The position numbers and the translations under genes are program-made. A DNA stretch of 52,588 nucleotides from a virus. Taxonomy: Duplodnaviria; Caudoviricetes. The notes under the pieces were generated by a model. That model saw only the letters and a program-made list of their open reading frames with translations. It searched no databases and was not told the DNA's origin. This document shows positions 26,399 through 34,529 of the stretch, one piece after another (the stretch's first letter is position 1; the number at the start of each line of letters is the position of its first letter). The stretch lies in the IMG/VR virus record IMGVR_UViG_3300037234_000222, positions 1 through 52,588 of that record. One strand, given 5' to 3'.

Positions 26399-26460
26399 TG
26401 TGGCGATAATGAAGTTTATAGCCACGATTGTTTGTGGTTATAATCGTACTTATCGTAACC
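26399..26460. repeat. tandem dif-like sites D (TGTGGCGATAA-TGAAGT-TTATAGCCACG, 26399-26426) and E (TGTGGTTATAA-TCGTAC-TTATCGTAACC, 26433-26460)
   Basis: Same 11-6-11 geometry; E overlaps the stop of 26450-26752. Confidence 0.7.
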
Positions 26461-26752
26461 CCTCAAGCCTTTCAGCTTCAATAATTTCCTTTCGGACCTT
26501 TAAATAATGCTCTCTTGTTTCCCTGCTCATCTTGCTTTCAGATAGATATATCCCGATCACAAACATAGGTAAACTTCGCCTTTCGTGGCATACATCCTTT
26601 GAATATCTAGTAGTTATCCCGTTTGGATGTCTGGCCGTTAAACATTCATTTTTAGTTAGTTGGTAAGGGTATCCATGGAATTCTTTATGCTCTTTTGCGG
26701 TAGCTGTAGCCGAAATGATAGATATTGCTATTGTAAGAAAAACCTTATTCAT
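26450..26752 (-). CDS. hypothetical secreted protein
   Basis: Signal peptide MNKVFLTIAISIISATATA. Confidence 0.55.
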   Translation of the reverse strand: MNKVFLTIAISIISATATAKEHKEFHGYPYQLTKNECLTARHPNGITTRYSKDVCHERRSLPMFVIGIYLSESKMSRETREHYLKVRKEIIEAERLEGLR

Positions 26753-26761
26753 TAGCTCCCC

Positions 26762-27130
26762 CTAAGATAAGTACCCTTCAATTACTTTGATTGCGCTTTC
26801 TGAATTATAGCAGATTGCGGTCATGTAATCAACTGATTTTGCATATTCTAAGAATTCTTTTTGGTCTTTCGTTGGCTTATTATTTTTCCATTTTAGCTCA
26901 ATATAAAGCCCATGATAGCCTTTTGATGGAAACGGTAGGCATAGGTCACTTATCCCGTTTGTCATCCCCTCACGCTTCATTTTGATAGCAATATTCCTGT
27001 TTCTCATAAATGCCCCGTTGGGAATACTGTAAAGCCACTTCAAACAAGGCCACTTTAAAACAGCCCCCTTCCTAAGCCCTGAGCCTCTAGCCCATTTAAT
27101 TACCTCGCATTGCTCTTTGTGTTCAGACAC
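26762..27130 (-). CDS. VRR-NUC domain nuclease
   Basis: EH.EQ, YSIPNG, KREG..NGISDL......YHGLYIELK...KPTKDQKEF. Confidence 0.9.
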   Translation of the reverse strand: MSEHKEQCEVIKWARGSGLRKGAVLKWPCLKWLYSIPNGAFMRNRNIAIKMKREGMTNGISDLCLPFPSKGYHGLYIELKWKNNKPTKDQKEFLEYAKSVDYMTAICYNSESAIKVIEGYLS

Positions 27131-27434
27131 TGTTAATCACCCTCCCAATAGTTGAATTGTTTACACCATATTCCTCCATTAAATGCCTATATCTAAGGCC
27201 ATCTTCGCTGAAATACCTTTTTCTGATTACCTCTTTATCCTTTGCGAAAATCTTTTGTTTCCTTCCCCTGTTTGGCATTTTTCGAATCTTCATGCCGTCC
27301 TCTTTATACGTTTTTCCAGTCAGAATAAACCACATTGCAGATTGACTCATTCCATATTTTCTTTCTAACTCTTTGGGTGAAAGGTCTGAATCTCTAATTT
27401 CTCTTACCTGTTCAATCGTCAATTTTCTAATCAT
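27123..27434 (-). CDS. tandem HTH DNA-binding protein
   Basis: KLT.EQVREIR...L..KYG.SQ..I..GKTYK repeated unit. Confidence 0.65.
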   Translation of the reverse strand: MIRKLTIEQVREIRDSDLSPKELERKYGMSQSAMWFILTGKTYKEDGMKIRKMPNRGRKQKIFAKDKEVIRKRYFSEDGLRYRHLMEEYGVNNSTIGRVINSV

Positions 27435-27637
27435 CCGTTTAACCTCCTTGCAGTTCTCTCACCTTGCCTTTCAAATGAATTTTCAATTGCTCTCTTTATT
27501 GTATCCGCACCTACGCCATATGCCCGGCTAAGGGACGCAGGCGTTACGCTCTTGTCACCTGTCATATAGTCATCTTTTATCGCATCCTCTTGCGCTTCGG
27601 TAAATTTTTTATTATTTCTATTTTCCAGTGCTACCAT
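27431..27637 (-). CDS. HTH protein
   Basis: KFT..Q...I...Y......L...YGV..DTIKR. Confidence 0.55.
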   Translation of the reverse strand: MVALENRNNKKFTEAQEDAIKDDYMTGDKSVTPASLSRAYGVGADTIKRAIENSFERQGERTARRLNG

Positions 27638-27646
27638 TTATCCCTC

Positions 27647-28105
27647 CTAGGCATATCCTAAAACAGCGTTTACAAGTTCGTCTTCGCTGTATTGATCTAA
27701 AAAATGCTGCAAAATTGCATCAATCGTTGCAGAATAAAATTGAGCAAATTCAGCCTCCTTCATGCTGCCAAAAGAAATTGACTTTGCAACCTTCTTCACC
27801 CCTTTGCAGCCAGCGACCACTTCATAGTGACCCGCCAAGATAGTTACCTCCTTTCTGAATGTCTCTTTATTCTTTTGGACAATCTGTCCTTTGAACTGAT
27901 TGTTTTCAGTTGGCTCCCAATTATCATAAGCAAAAAGAACCAAGTCCCACCATTTCTTGAAGAATTGATAATTGCGCTTGTTCATCCTTGTACACTTGGC
28001 CTTGATCGGTTCACCAATCTTGTAACTTGCCACCTTCTCCATTTCATTTTCATTGATTGGGATTAGGCTTAGATTCGGACCTCTCATTAGTGTAATTTCT
28101 TCCAT
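27647..28105 (-). CDS. DUF1367-family (NinB/YbcN-like) protein
   Basis: RNYQFFKKWW.L, FRKEVTILAGHY, KSISFGSM.E.EF..FY. Confidence 0.85.
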   Translation of the reverse strand: MEEITLMRGPNLSLIPINENEMEKVASYKIGEPIKAKCTRMNKRNYQFFKKWWDLVLFAYDNWEPTENNQFKGQIVQKNKETFRKEVTILAGHYEVVAGCKGVKKVAKSISFGSMKEAEFAQFYSATIDAILQHFLDQYSEDELVNAVLGYA

Positions 28106-28345
28106 TTACTCTGACCCGGACCGGGGGGTATAACCAGCCCTAGAATAAGCAACACCAGTGTTGAATTCCCAAGCCTCATAGGTTTGATATGTTGTTTTCA
28201 GCTTCTTAATCTCGCCGCCTTTCTTCTTAAACTCTTCGATTTTTCCGGATAGTTCATCTTGGCTGATCTCGAAGCCTCCTTTCTTGTCTAGCATGTTTTG
28301 AATTACTCCTAAATCTTGTGCTTTTTTAAATGGCTTTACTTTCAT
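28106..28345 (-). CDS. small protein with SutA-like RNAP-binding motif
   Basis: DELSGKIEEFKKKGGEIKKL. Confidence 0.5.
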   Translation of the reverse strand: MKVKPFKKAQDLGVIQNMLDKKGGFEISQDELSGKIEEFKKKGGEIKKLKTTYQTYEAWEFNTGVAYSRAGYTPRSGSE

Positions 28346-28494
28346 CTGTTACCTCGAACAGTTCTAAAATCTCTTTAACTTTCTTTTCCCTGTACTCTCT
28401 TTGATCGGTTATTCCGTGTTCTGTTTCATATTTTTCACACCTGTCATTTAATTCTTTTATAATTTCAGGCATCATCTCTTTTAACGTAAACGGT

Positions 28495-29817
28495 TTAGAA
28501 TTCTGTAGGGTCTTCATAATTAATCTCTTTAAATTTTCCGTATTTATTTTCGACTTGAAGAAAAGTGTACCCTCTCTTTCCTGCTCTTGCTTTTGCAATG
28601 ATCAATTTATCCCTTACAGTTCCATCTTCACCTTCAATTTTATGAAGGAATAGGACATTGTTTGCATCTTGCTCGATTGATCCGCTTTCTCTCAAATCGC
28701 TTAAAATAGGCTCTTTATCTTTTCTTTGATTTGAAGCCCTGTTAAATTGTGAAAGAGCAATGATATGGATTTTATATTTTTGTGCAATCAGTTTAAGCGT
28801 TCTTGTAATATGTGAAATCTCAGCAACTCTATTCCCTCCAAAGTTGTTTCTCGATCTCATTAATTGCAGGTAATCAACTATGATCAGTTTCACTTGCTGC
28901 TTTTTTACAAGCTGGCTAGCCATTGCTTCAAAGTCCTCTATTGTAACACTTGGGTCATCAAAAAGGAATAAGTTTTTAAGGAATTCAGCATTATTTTCAG
29001 CAGCTAAATTTAATTTCCCCCATTCCTCACCTTCAAGTTTTCCACTTGATAAATGGAGGCTGTCAATCTTTGACTGCATTGAAAAAAGTCTATCCAGCGT
29101 TTCTTCATTCGTCATTTCAAGACCAATAAATCCAACTCGCTCACCATTTAAAACTATATAGTTTAAAATTGACAATGCGAATAATGACTTTCCGCCACCT
29201 GAAAGAGCCGCTAAAACTGTAAGTTGACCACCAATTAACCCAAGTAAATTTTTATTTATGATTGGGATGTTAGTCTCAAGCCCAACAATACCGTCCTCAC
29301 GTTTACTTCTCTCTTCTAACCTTTCCCAGTATTCAGGTAAAATACTATAAGCTGTCTGCAAATCAATATCATTTGCTGGTAAATCTTCAGCCAACTCATT
29401 GATTCTTGCAATCACAGAATCCCATGGTTTTCCACCTGCTAAACTCTGGCTTGCTTTTGCTAGAATCTGGGCTGTTTGCCTATTCTGACTAGATAGTTTT
29501 ACTTCTTTAATGATATTTTTAAGATCAGAAGCAAAACCGACATCCTTAACTTCATCAACTACAGAATACCACCCACCATTAGGATTGTGATCTGAATGTT
29601 TTTCCAACCATGAAGAAATATTAAACTCATCAGCTACACTACTTTCACGATCTAAAATCTTTATACTTTTGTAAATTTCTCTTATTTCAATATTTGTAAA
29701 ATCTTTTTCATTAATCGAGGCAAACTCATCAATCCCCCTGCCCATGAAGGATTCCTGAATCATCGTTGCTATCAGGATCGCCTCTTCGATCTCCTGATTG
29801 CTTTTATTTTTTGTCAT
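28495..29817 (-). CDS. dnaB: replicative DNA helicase (DnaB family)
   Basis: AALSGGGKS Walker A, LEM, IIVDYLQLM, ALSQFNR, LSDLRESGSIEQDA. Confidence 0.95.
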   Translation of the reverse strand: MTKNKSNQEIEEAILIATMIQESFMGRGIDEFASINEKDFTNIEIREIYKSIKILDRESSVADEFNISSWLEKHSDHNPNGGWYSVVDEVKDVGFASDLKNIIKEVKLSSQNRQTAQILAKASQSLAGGKPWDSVIARINELAEDLPANDIDLQTAYSILPEYWERLEERSKREDGIVGLETNIPIINKNLLGLIGGQLTVLAALSGGGKSLFALSILNYIVLNGERVGFIGLEMTNEETLDRLFSMQSKIDSLHLSSGKLEGEEWGKLNLAAENNAEFLKNLFLFDDPSVTIEDFEAMASQLVKKQQVKLIIVDYLQLMRSRNNFGGNRVAEISHITRTLKLIAQKYKIHIIALSQFNRASNQRKDKEPILSDLRESGSIEQDANNVLFLHKIEGEDGTVRDKLIIAKARAGKRGYTFLQVENKYGKFKEINYEDPTEF

Positions 29818-30212
29818 TAATGGGCCTTATTTTTAGCAAAAAACTCTTCTCTTTTTACTCTGCACAATTCTTTGTACTCCTCAGTTTCCTTGTAGGCTTC
29901 ATCCTTCTCACGCTCTTGCCTCTCTTCTTCGGTTTCTTCTTCGTTCTCATTTTTAACAGCCGCTTTCATCCTGCCTAAAATCTCCTTAAAATGTGAAGGG
30001 AAAGGCATATGATAACCATTATTCCAATCATTAATCAAGATTCTTTTTGCTTCGATTAATTTTGCAAGCGGAATCTCTTTGAAAGTATCAACCCAAAGGG
30101 CTAATAATATTTCTGCTTCTTCTTTGGAATATTTCTTTCCGACCATTAATGACAGTTCCCCTAGAAACTGTACAAAAAAGCCTTCTATGATGTTCTTAGG
30201 TCTGGCCGTCAT
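29817..30212 (-). CDS. probable helicase loader/inhibitor
   Basis: Between initiator and DnaB; LW...F.EIP......P.PS.F pattern. Confidence 0.55.
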   Translation of the reverse strand: MTARPKNIIEGFFVQFLGELSLMVGKKYSKEEAEILLALWVDTFKEIPLAKLIEAKRILINDWNNGYHMPFPSHFKEILGRMKAAVKNENEEETEEERQEREKDEAYKETEEYKELCRVKREEFFAKNKAH

Positions 30213-30964
30213 GCTTGCCCTTGCATTTTGAGAAAAGGGTTTCTGTTATCGTTATCTTGCGATTTATGGTATGATTCTAAGTCGTCTTCCCATCGTTTCT
30301 TATTTATCCATGATGCAGGGTGAGGAATGAATTTTCCACCTTCCTTTTCCCATTCTTCACTTTTTTTCATTATCTCTAGGGCTTTCATCATTTCGTTGAT
30401 TGTCTCTTGAGATGGTTTTAACTTAAAAAATGCTTTCTCTGCATCTTGCCTTGATTTCTTCTTTGGGTATTCTTCGTAGAAGGCTTTAAAATTTTTTGCA
30501 CAAGAGTTTTTCTTACCTTCTTTTTCTTCTTTAACATTCTTCCCTTCTTTATTAGGTGTTAGCTCTGTGTTGGGTCTGTGTTGGGTCTGTGTTAGCTCTG
30601 TGTTGGTCTCTGTGTTAGGTAATTCTTCTTTACCTTGGTATATACCCCAATTTACTACAGAAATCAAACTATTTATTCGTGTTGTTTCGTTTGTTAGAAA
30701 TTTCAATTTTACAAAATTTTTTAAAGCAGTCCTAACGTTTTGGCGTGTTACCCCTTTTCCACTTTTCGCTGCTAATGAATCGAGACTTGTGATCACTTGC
30801 CCTTGTTGGACTTCGTACTCTTCACCCTTCCAAACCCACTTGTTTGGCGTATGGTTTACCATGCCTAAAATAGTCATCAAGATTACTTTATGCTCTGGTG
30901 AAGAATTGGCCCAAACAGGGTGATCAAAAAGAGAACGATGAATCTTGATCCATCCGCCAGCCAT
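30209..30964 (-). CDS. phage replication initiator protein
   Basis: GWIKIHRSL, GQVITS..LA, VVNW..YQ, F..FY..YPKK, FIPHPASWIN..RWED. Confidence 0.88.
   Translation of the reverse strand: MAGGWIKIHRSLFDHPVWANSSPEHKVILMTILGMVNHTPNKWVWKGEEYEVQQGQVITSLDSLAAKSGKGVTRQNVRTALKNFVKLKFLTNETTRINSLISVVNWGIYQGKEELPNTETNTELTQTQHRPNTELTPNKEGKNVKEEKEGKKNSCAKNFKAFYEEYPKKKSRQDAEKAFFKLKPSQETINEMMKALEIMKKSEEWEKEGGKFIPHPASWINKKRWEDDLESYHKSQDNDNRNPFLKMQGQA
30556..30618. repeat. iterons / probable replication origin inside the initiator gene
   Basis: TCTGTGTT at 30564, 30575, 30586, 30597, 30609 (period 11-12 bp) next to an AT-rich tract. Confidence 0.75.
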
Positions 30965-31167
30965 TAAACAGCCTCATTAAAAATAGTCTTCAAATATGGC
31001 TTAGATTCAATTTCTTTACTTAATAACTTTGATGCTACGTTTGTTATCTCAGAACATGATTTAACCCCGCTTAGAACCTGTCCAACGTATTGTTGGGTAT
31101 ATCCAGATTCCTCCGCAACTCTCACTTGTCTTATTCCTGCAATTCTAAGTTTTTCCTTTAAATCCAT
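30964..31167 (-). CDS. Cro-like HTH regulator
   Basis: GIRQVRVAEESGYTQQYVGQVLSG. Confidence 0.7.
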   Translation of the reverse strand: MDLKEKLRIAGIRQVRVAEESGYTQQYVGQVLSGVKSCSEITNVASKLLSKEIESKPYLKTIFNEAV

Positions 31168-31202
31168 ATTAGGTTTAAATATAAACTATTAGTGTTAAAG
31201 AA

Positions 31203-31248
31203 ACCCGCCAATTTGAGGAATGATAGAAATCATCTAGCCTTGGCGGGT
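31203..31248 (-). terminator. hairpin ACCCGCCAA/TTGGCGGGT followed by TTCTTT
   Basis: 9-bp inverted repeat with internal ATGAT/ATCAT hairpin; intergenic. Confidence 0.45.
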
Positions 31249-31272
31249 GTTGTTAAATTGATTATCTACTAT

Positions 31273-31719
31273 CTAATCCGATCCGTCAACCAAATTATAA
31301 TAAATTGTAACACCTTCTTTCTTCCCAAAAATTACATCAAGTTCAACCGCTTCTTGAATTAGTTTCCAAGATGTACCGTTTGCAATCAATAACTTTTCGG
31401 CTACAAATGCAGTGGTCAAGTCTGAGTATTTACCAGCTAAATGGCGGATGTTTTCAATCTTGTCATCTGATACAATTTCGCTTGCTTCAAACTCCAAAAG
31501 TGCTTTCTCACCCTTTCCAGTCACGAAATAGAAGTGTTTGTGATAGCCTTCAATGATCCGAATTGTTTCCTCAGTATAGCCTTGTCGGTTGTGCCACCTT
31601 AGATAATGATAAGCATCTCCGACTTGCGGGAATGCCTCTTTGATCTTTTGCGCTCCCACGGTTCCAGATTGATATTCGGTTTGGATGAATTTTAGAATTT
31701 CGTATTGTGTTTTGTTCAT
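31273..31719 (-). CDS. winged-helix-like protein
   Basis: Q.EILKFI...YFVTGKG..AL pattern. Confidence 0.5.
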   Translation of the reverse strand: MNKTQYEILKFIQTEYQSGTVGAQKIKEAFPQVGDAYHYLRWHNRQGYTEETIRIIEGYHKHFYFVTGKGEKALLEFEASEIVSDDKIENIRHLAGKYSDLTTAFVAEKLLIANGTSWKLIQEAVELDVIFGKKEGVTIYYNLVDGSD

Positions 31720-31735
31720 AATATCAGTTACTTAG

Positions 31736-32098
31736 CTAGAAGGGAATGTCGTCTTCAATGAATTCTTCCTTGCCTTGTGATTGGCTATTCGAGTTTGTTT
31801 GAGACTGCCCACCACCAAGATTAGTTACCTTCTCATAGCTTGCCGATCTAACGGTAAACTGAGGGTATTTTTTGCCCTCATATTCACTTAGGCTGTATTC
31901 TGCAATAACGGCTACTTGCTGGCCTTCTTGAAGTCCGTCCAGCCACTCAGCCGTTTTACCGAAGGCGACTAGATTAAACCATGTGAATTTATCAGGATCA
32001 CCTTGTTTCGTGTATGCTTTCTCGCAAATTGAGAATTTAACAATGTTTCCTTTTTGTTCTACTTTTTTTGCCTTTCCTGCGATTGTTATGCTATGCAT
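31736..32098 (-). CDS. ssb: single-stranded DNA-binding protein
   Basis: OB-fold TWFNLVAFGKTAE; acidic tail EDDIPF. Confidence 0.9.
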   Translation of the reverse strand: MHSITIAGKAKKVEQKGNIVKFSICEKAYTKQGDPDKFTWFNLVAFGKTAEWLDGLQEGQQVAVIAEYSLSEYEGKKYPQFTVRSASYEKVTNLGGGQSQTNSNSQSQGKEEFIEDDIPF

Positions 32099-32678
32099 TC
32101 ACTACCTTTTGAATCTCGTTATAAATATCTGTACACTTCTTTTGATCACCTGCTTCATATGCGTTTGTATAATTGTCAAATGATTTTTGTTCAATGATTT
32201 TCTTTTCAACCATTGTTCTTAATTCTCCACCCCAGTTTTGAAACTTCTTTGGCATTGGCTTTGGTTTGTTTTTAGACTGGTTGTTATTGTGATCATCTTG
32301 GGCCTTTTGTCCGTCATCATCATCTTGAACAATCCCTAGCATTGCCGCCATTGCATACCGCCTTCCGTATGTCATTGCTGAACCGAACCCGTGCGGTCCC
32401 CCCATTTTGTCGGTTGGCACAAAGATAGTTCCACTAATCCACTGCCCACTTGAGTGCATAAGAGTTGTTACAAGTTCAATCCCATTTTCATTGGGGTTAT
32501 TTGTTTGTGCAACTGCAAGCTCATTTTCTTCTAAAAGGCTTTTTGACACCTCTAAGATTGATCTTAAATCCGCAAATTTACCATATTGGCCTTTGCCGTC
32601 CTTCTTTGCATGCTCTAGCTTCCCCTGTACGATTGATAGGGCTTTTGCTAGATCATTAATTTGTTCACTTTGGTTCAT
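32091..32678 (-). CDS. ERF-family ssDNA annealing protein
   Basis: T.LMHSSGQWI, GSAMTYGRRY......GI.QDDDDG; start MNQSEQ at 32678 (TAATG coupling). Confidence 0.9.
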   Translation of the reverse strand: MNQSEQINDLAKALSIVQGKLEHAKKDGKGQYGKFADLRSILEVSKSLLEENELAVAQTNNPNENGIELVTTLMHSSGQWISGTIFVPTDKMGGPHGFGSAMTYGRRYAMAAMLGIVQDDDDGQKAQDDHNNNQSKNKPKPMPKKFQNWGGELRTMVEKKIIEQKSFDNYTNAYEAGDQKKCTDIYNEIQKVVNA

Positions 32679-32776
32679 TACGCTTTCCATTGATGTTTAC
32701 ATTCTGGGCATAGCCAAAAGAAAAAATCCATAACTTGTTTTTTGATGCCGTGTGTTCCGCATTTAGGACATTTCAT
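32678..32776 (-). CDS. 32-aa zinc-ribbon peptide MKCPKCG...WLCPECKHQWKA
   Basis: GAGGAG RBS; two CxxC motifs; coupled to ERF. Confidence 0.6.
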   Translation of the reverse strand: MKCPKCGTHGIKKQVMDFFFWLCPECKHQWKA

Positions 32777-32795
32777 ATTTTCTCCTCGTTGGTTC

Positions 32796-32930
32796 AAAAT
32801 CAGACTAAGCCTTCAACAGTGTTGAAAATTGCAGCGAACAATATGCCTAGCCTGATTTCAATTTGATGCAGCCCGAAGTCAACTCAAACGCCACTTAACT
32901 AATTAAGAAGCTCGAATAATCAGGCTGCAA
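32796..32930 (-). ncRNA. structured 5' leader with alternative pairings
   Basis: Two hairpins with G-U pairs on minus strand plus a competing AGCCTGATT/AATCAGGCT pairing. Confidence 0.45.
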
Positions 32931-32941
32931 ATCTTATAAAG

Positions 32942-32970
32942 ATAATCTCATTATTACTTTATTTTGTCAA
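32942..32970 (-). promoter_or_regulatory. repeated promoter, copy 3 (TTGACAAAATAAA...TGAGATTAT)
   Basis: tgtcaa 32965-32970, ataatc 32942-32947, 17-bp spacer. Confidence 0.7.
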
Positions 32971-33144
32971 TAAAGAACTTCCGCTTTCTTTGAATGGGTC
33001 GTATGATCCTCCGTAGAATCTTTCCTCCCATAGAGTCCAGCTTGGTTCCGACTCTTTGACTTCTTGCTTTGTGATCTTTTTGATCTCGTTTCCTTGGGAA
33101 ATGAAATCTTGGGTTGCCTTTGCTATTTCTTCTCTTATGTTCAT
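32959..33144 (-). CDS. small protein with SutA-like motif
   Basis: REEIAKATQDFISQGNEIKKI. Confidence 0.5.
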   Translation of the reverse strand: MNIREEIAKATQDFISQGNEIKKITKQEVKESEPSWTLWEERFYGGSYDPFKESGSSLLTK

Positions 33145-33156
33145 TTTATATCTCCG

Positions 33157-33477
33157 TTAATCATAAATTGATACGTTTGATTTAAACTCTTTCAATAAAC
33201 ATTCTAAGGCACTCCCAAGGTCATGATAAGAAGCGGCCTCTTCTATTTTACTTAAAGGAACCATTATTCCCTCTTGTTCTGAATCTAGGCATTTTTGACA
33301 CCTCAATCTATAATAATAATCGCAATGCCCTAAAAATTCATGATCGTAATCGTGTTTTAAAGATTGATTAAAGACAGTACATGATTCGTATATAAATTCT
33401 TTGATTATCATTTTACAATCGCCGCAATACAAACTTTTTGGCTCGCATTGGATTTTAACTGTTAATTTTGTACCCAT
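33157..33477 (-). CDS. Cys-rich small protein (paralog family)
   Basis: KLTVKIQCEPKSLYCGDC...C...RCQKCLDSE. Confidence 0.6.
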   Translation of the reverse strand: MGTKLTVKIQCEPKSLYCGDCKMIIKEFIYESCTVFNQSLKHDYDHEFLGHCDYYYRLRCQKCLDSEQEGIMVPLSKIEEAASYHDLGSALECLLKEFKSNVSIYD

Positions 33478-33783
33478 ATAATCCTTTGAGATGCGCCAAC
33501 TTTCTGCCTTGATTGATAGCCGATATTTCAGGATACTTCACCATTAGCAAGTTGAACAAGTTAGATCAACTTTAAAAACCACGCTCATGCACTTTGATCT
33601 ATTAGCGGGCTTACTTATTCCATTGGCGCAAGTTCCTCCTTCCTCTCTTGTTTATCCGCCTTCTTCTGAACCTTCAAGGCGGCTTGTTTAATGGTTCTTG
33701 ATGCTTTGAATTTCCCTTTTGCATGTAGCTCTTTGGCTTGGGTGAAAAGGGATTCTGCTTTGGTTGTTAGGTCTTGTTTCATT

Positions 33784-34182
33784 TTATTGACCCAGCAAAT
33801 TCATAAAGTCGTTAATATCATGCTCATCGCAGTAATCTTCAAAGGATTCATGAATATTACCAATGACTTTTGCGCCATCAATGACCGCTGCCGAAAGATA
33901 ATCTTCTGATTTTCCGCCATACATTGGAATACACATGAAGGCGCATGCTTCTTCACAGTATCTAATTTCTCCACATGAGCCATACCCAGCTATTGGCGAG
34001 ACAATATCTCCCTCGTAAATTTCTTTTCCTGAATCGTCTTTCAGCCCGGTGTATTGCATAGGAACGCACCCAACAATATTTCCTTTTCCAAAATAGCAGA
34101 CTGAATTATCATCTGCCTTTGGGGATACGCCATAAACCATTTGTTCGTCTTTTACCCAAGCTCTAAATTTAATCTCTCTCAT
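33784..34182 (-). CDS. YopX-family protein
   Basis: MREIKFRAW...MQYTGLKD..GKEIYEGDIV...VIGNIHE. Confidence 0.9.
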   Translation of the reverse strand: MREIKFRAWVKDEQMVYGVSPKADDNSVCYFGKGNIVGCVPMQYTGLKDDSGKEIYEGDIVSPIAGYGSCGEIRYCEEACAFMCIPMYGGKSEDYLSAAVIDGAKVIGNIHESFEDYCDEHDINDFMNLLGQ

Positions 34183-34529
34183 TTCCACCTCCCATCTTTC
34201 CATAAATAAATCGGGCTATACCGCCAGTTAAGTTTCCAAAATCTTAAAAATTTTATCATTGCACCCTCCTATGCAGGTCTATGATCATCTGTATCTTGGG
34301 CATCATGAATTTGGTCAATGATGATTAATTCTTTCGTGAATTCCTCTTGATCACGCTCTTTAACTTCAACCCAGTCCCAATATGCTTGTTCTGCTAATTG
34401 GTCTTCATCATCTGGGAAGTTAAATAGATCTTCAAAGTCACTCATTCCAATCCTCCCCCATTGAAAAGCCAATGACGTATCCGAAAATAGCTCCGATACA
34501 CAGCAATAAAATCCAAAATTCATGGTCAG

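Noticed and set aside
24471-26460. Reading the TTATnnnCACA arms as DnaA boxes, CRP or Rex operators
   Set aside because: DnaA box is TTATnCACA (one base, not three); CRP and Rex need TGTGA with much shorter spacing; the 11-6-11 geometry fits better.
23851-26460. CRISPR array or classical integron attC array
   Set aside because: Repeats are separated by whole genes, are degenerate, and lack the long attC hairpin with RYYYAAC/GTTRRRY ends; no cas or intI gene seen.
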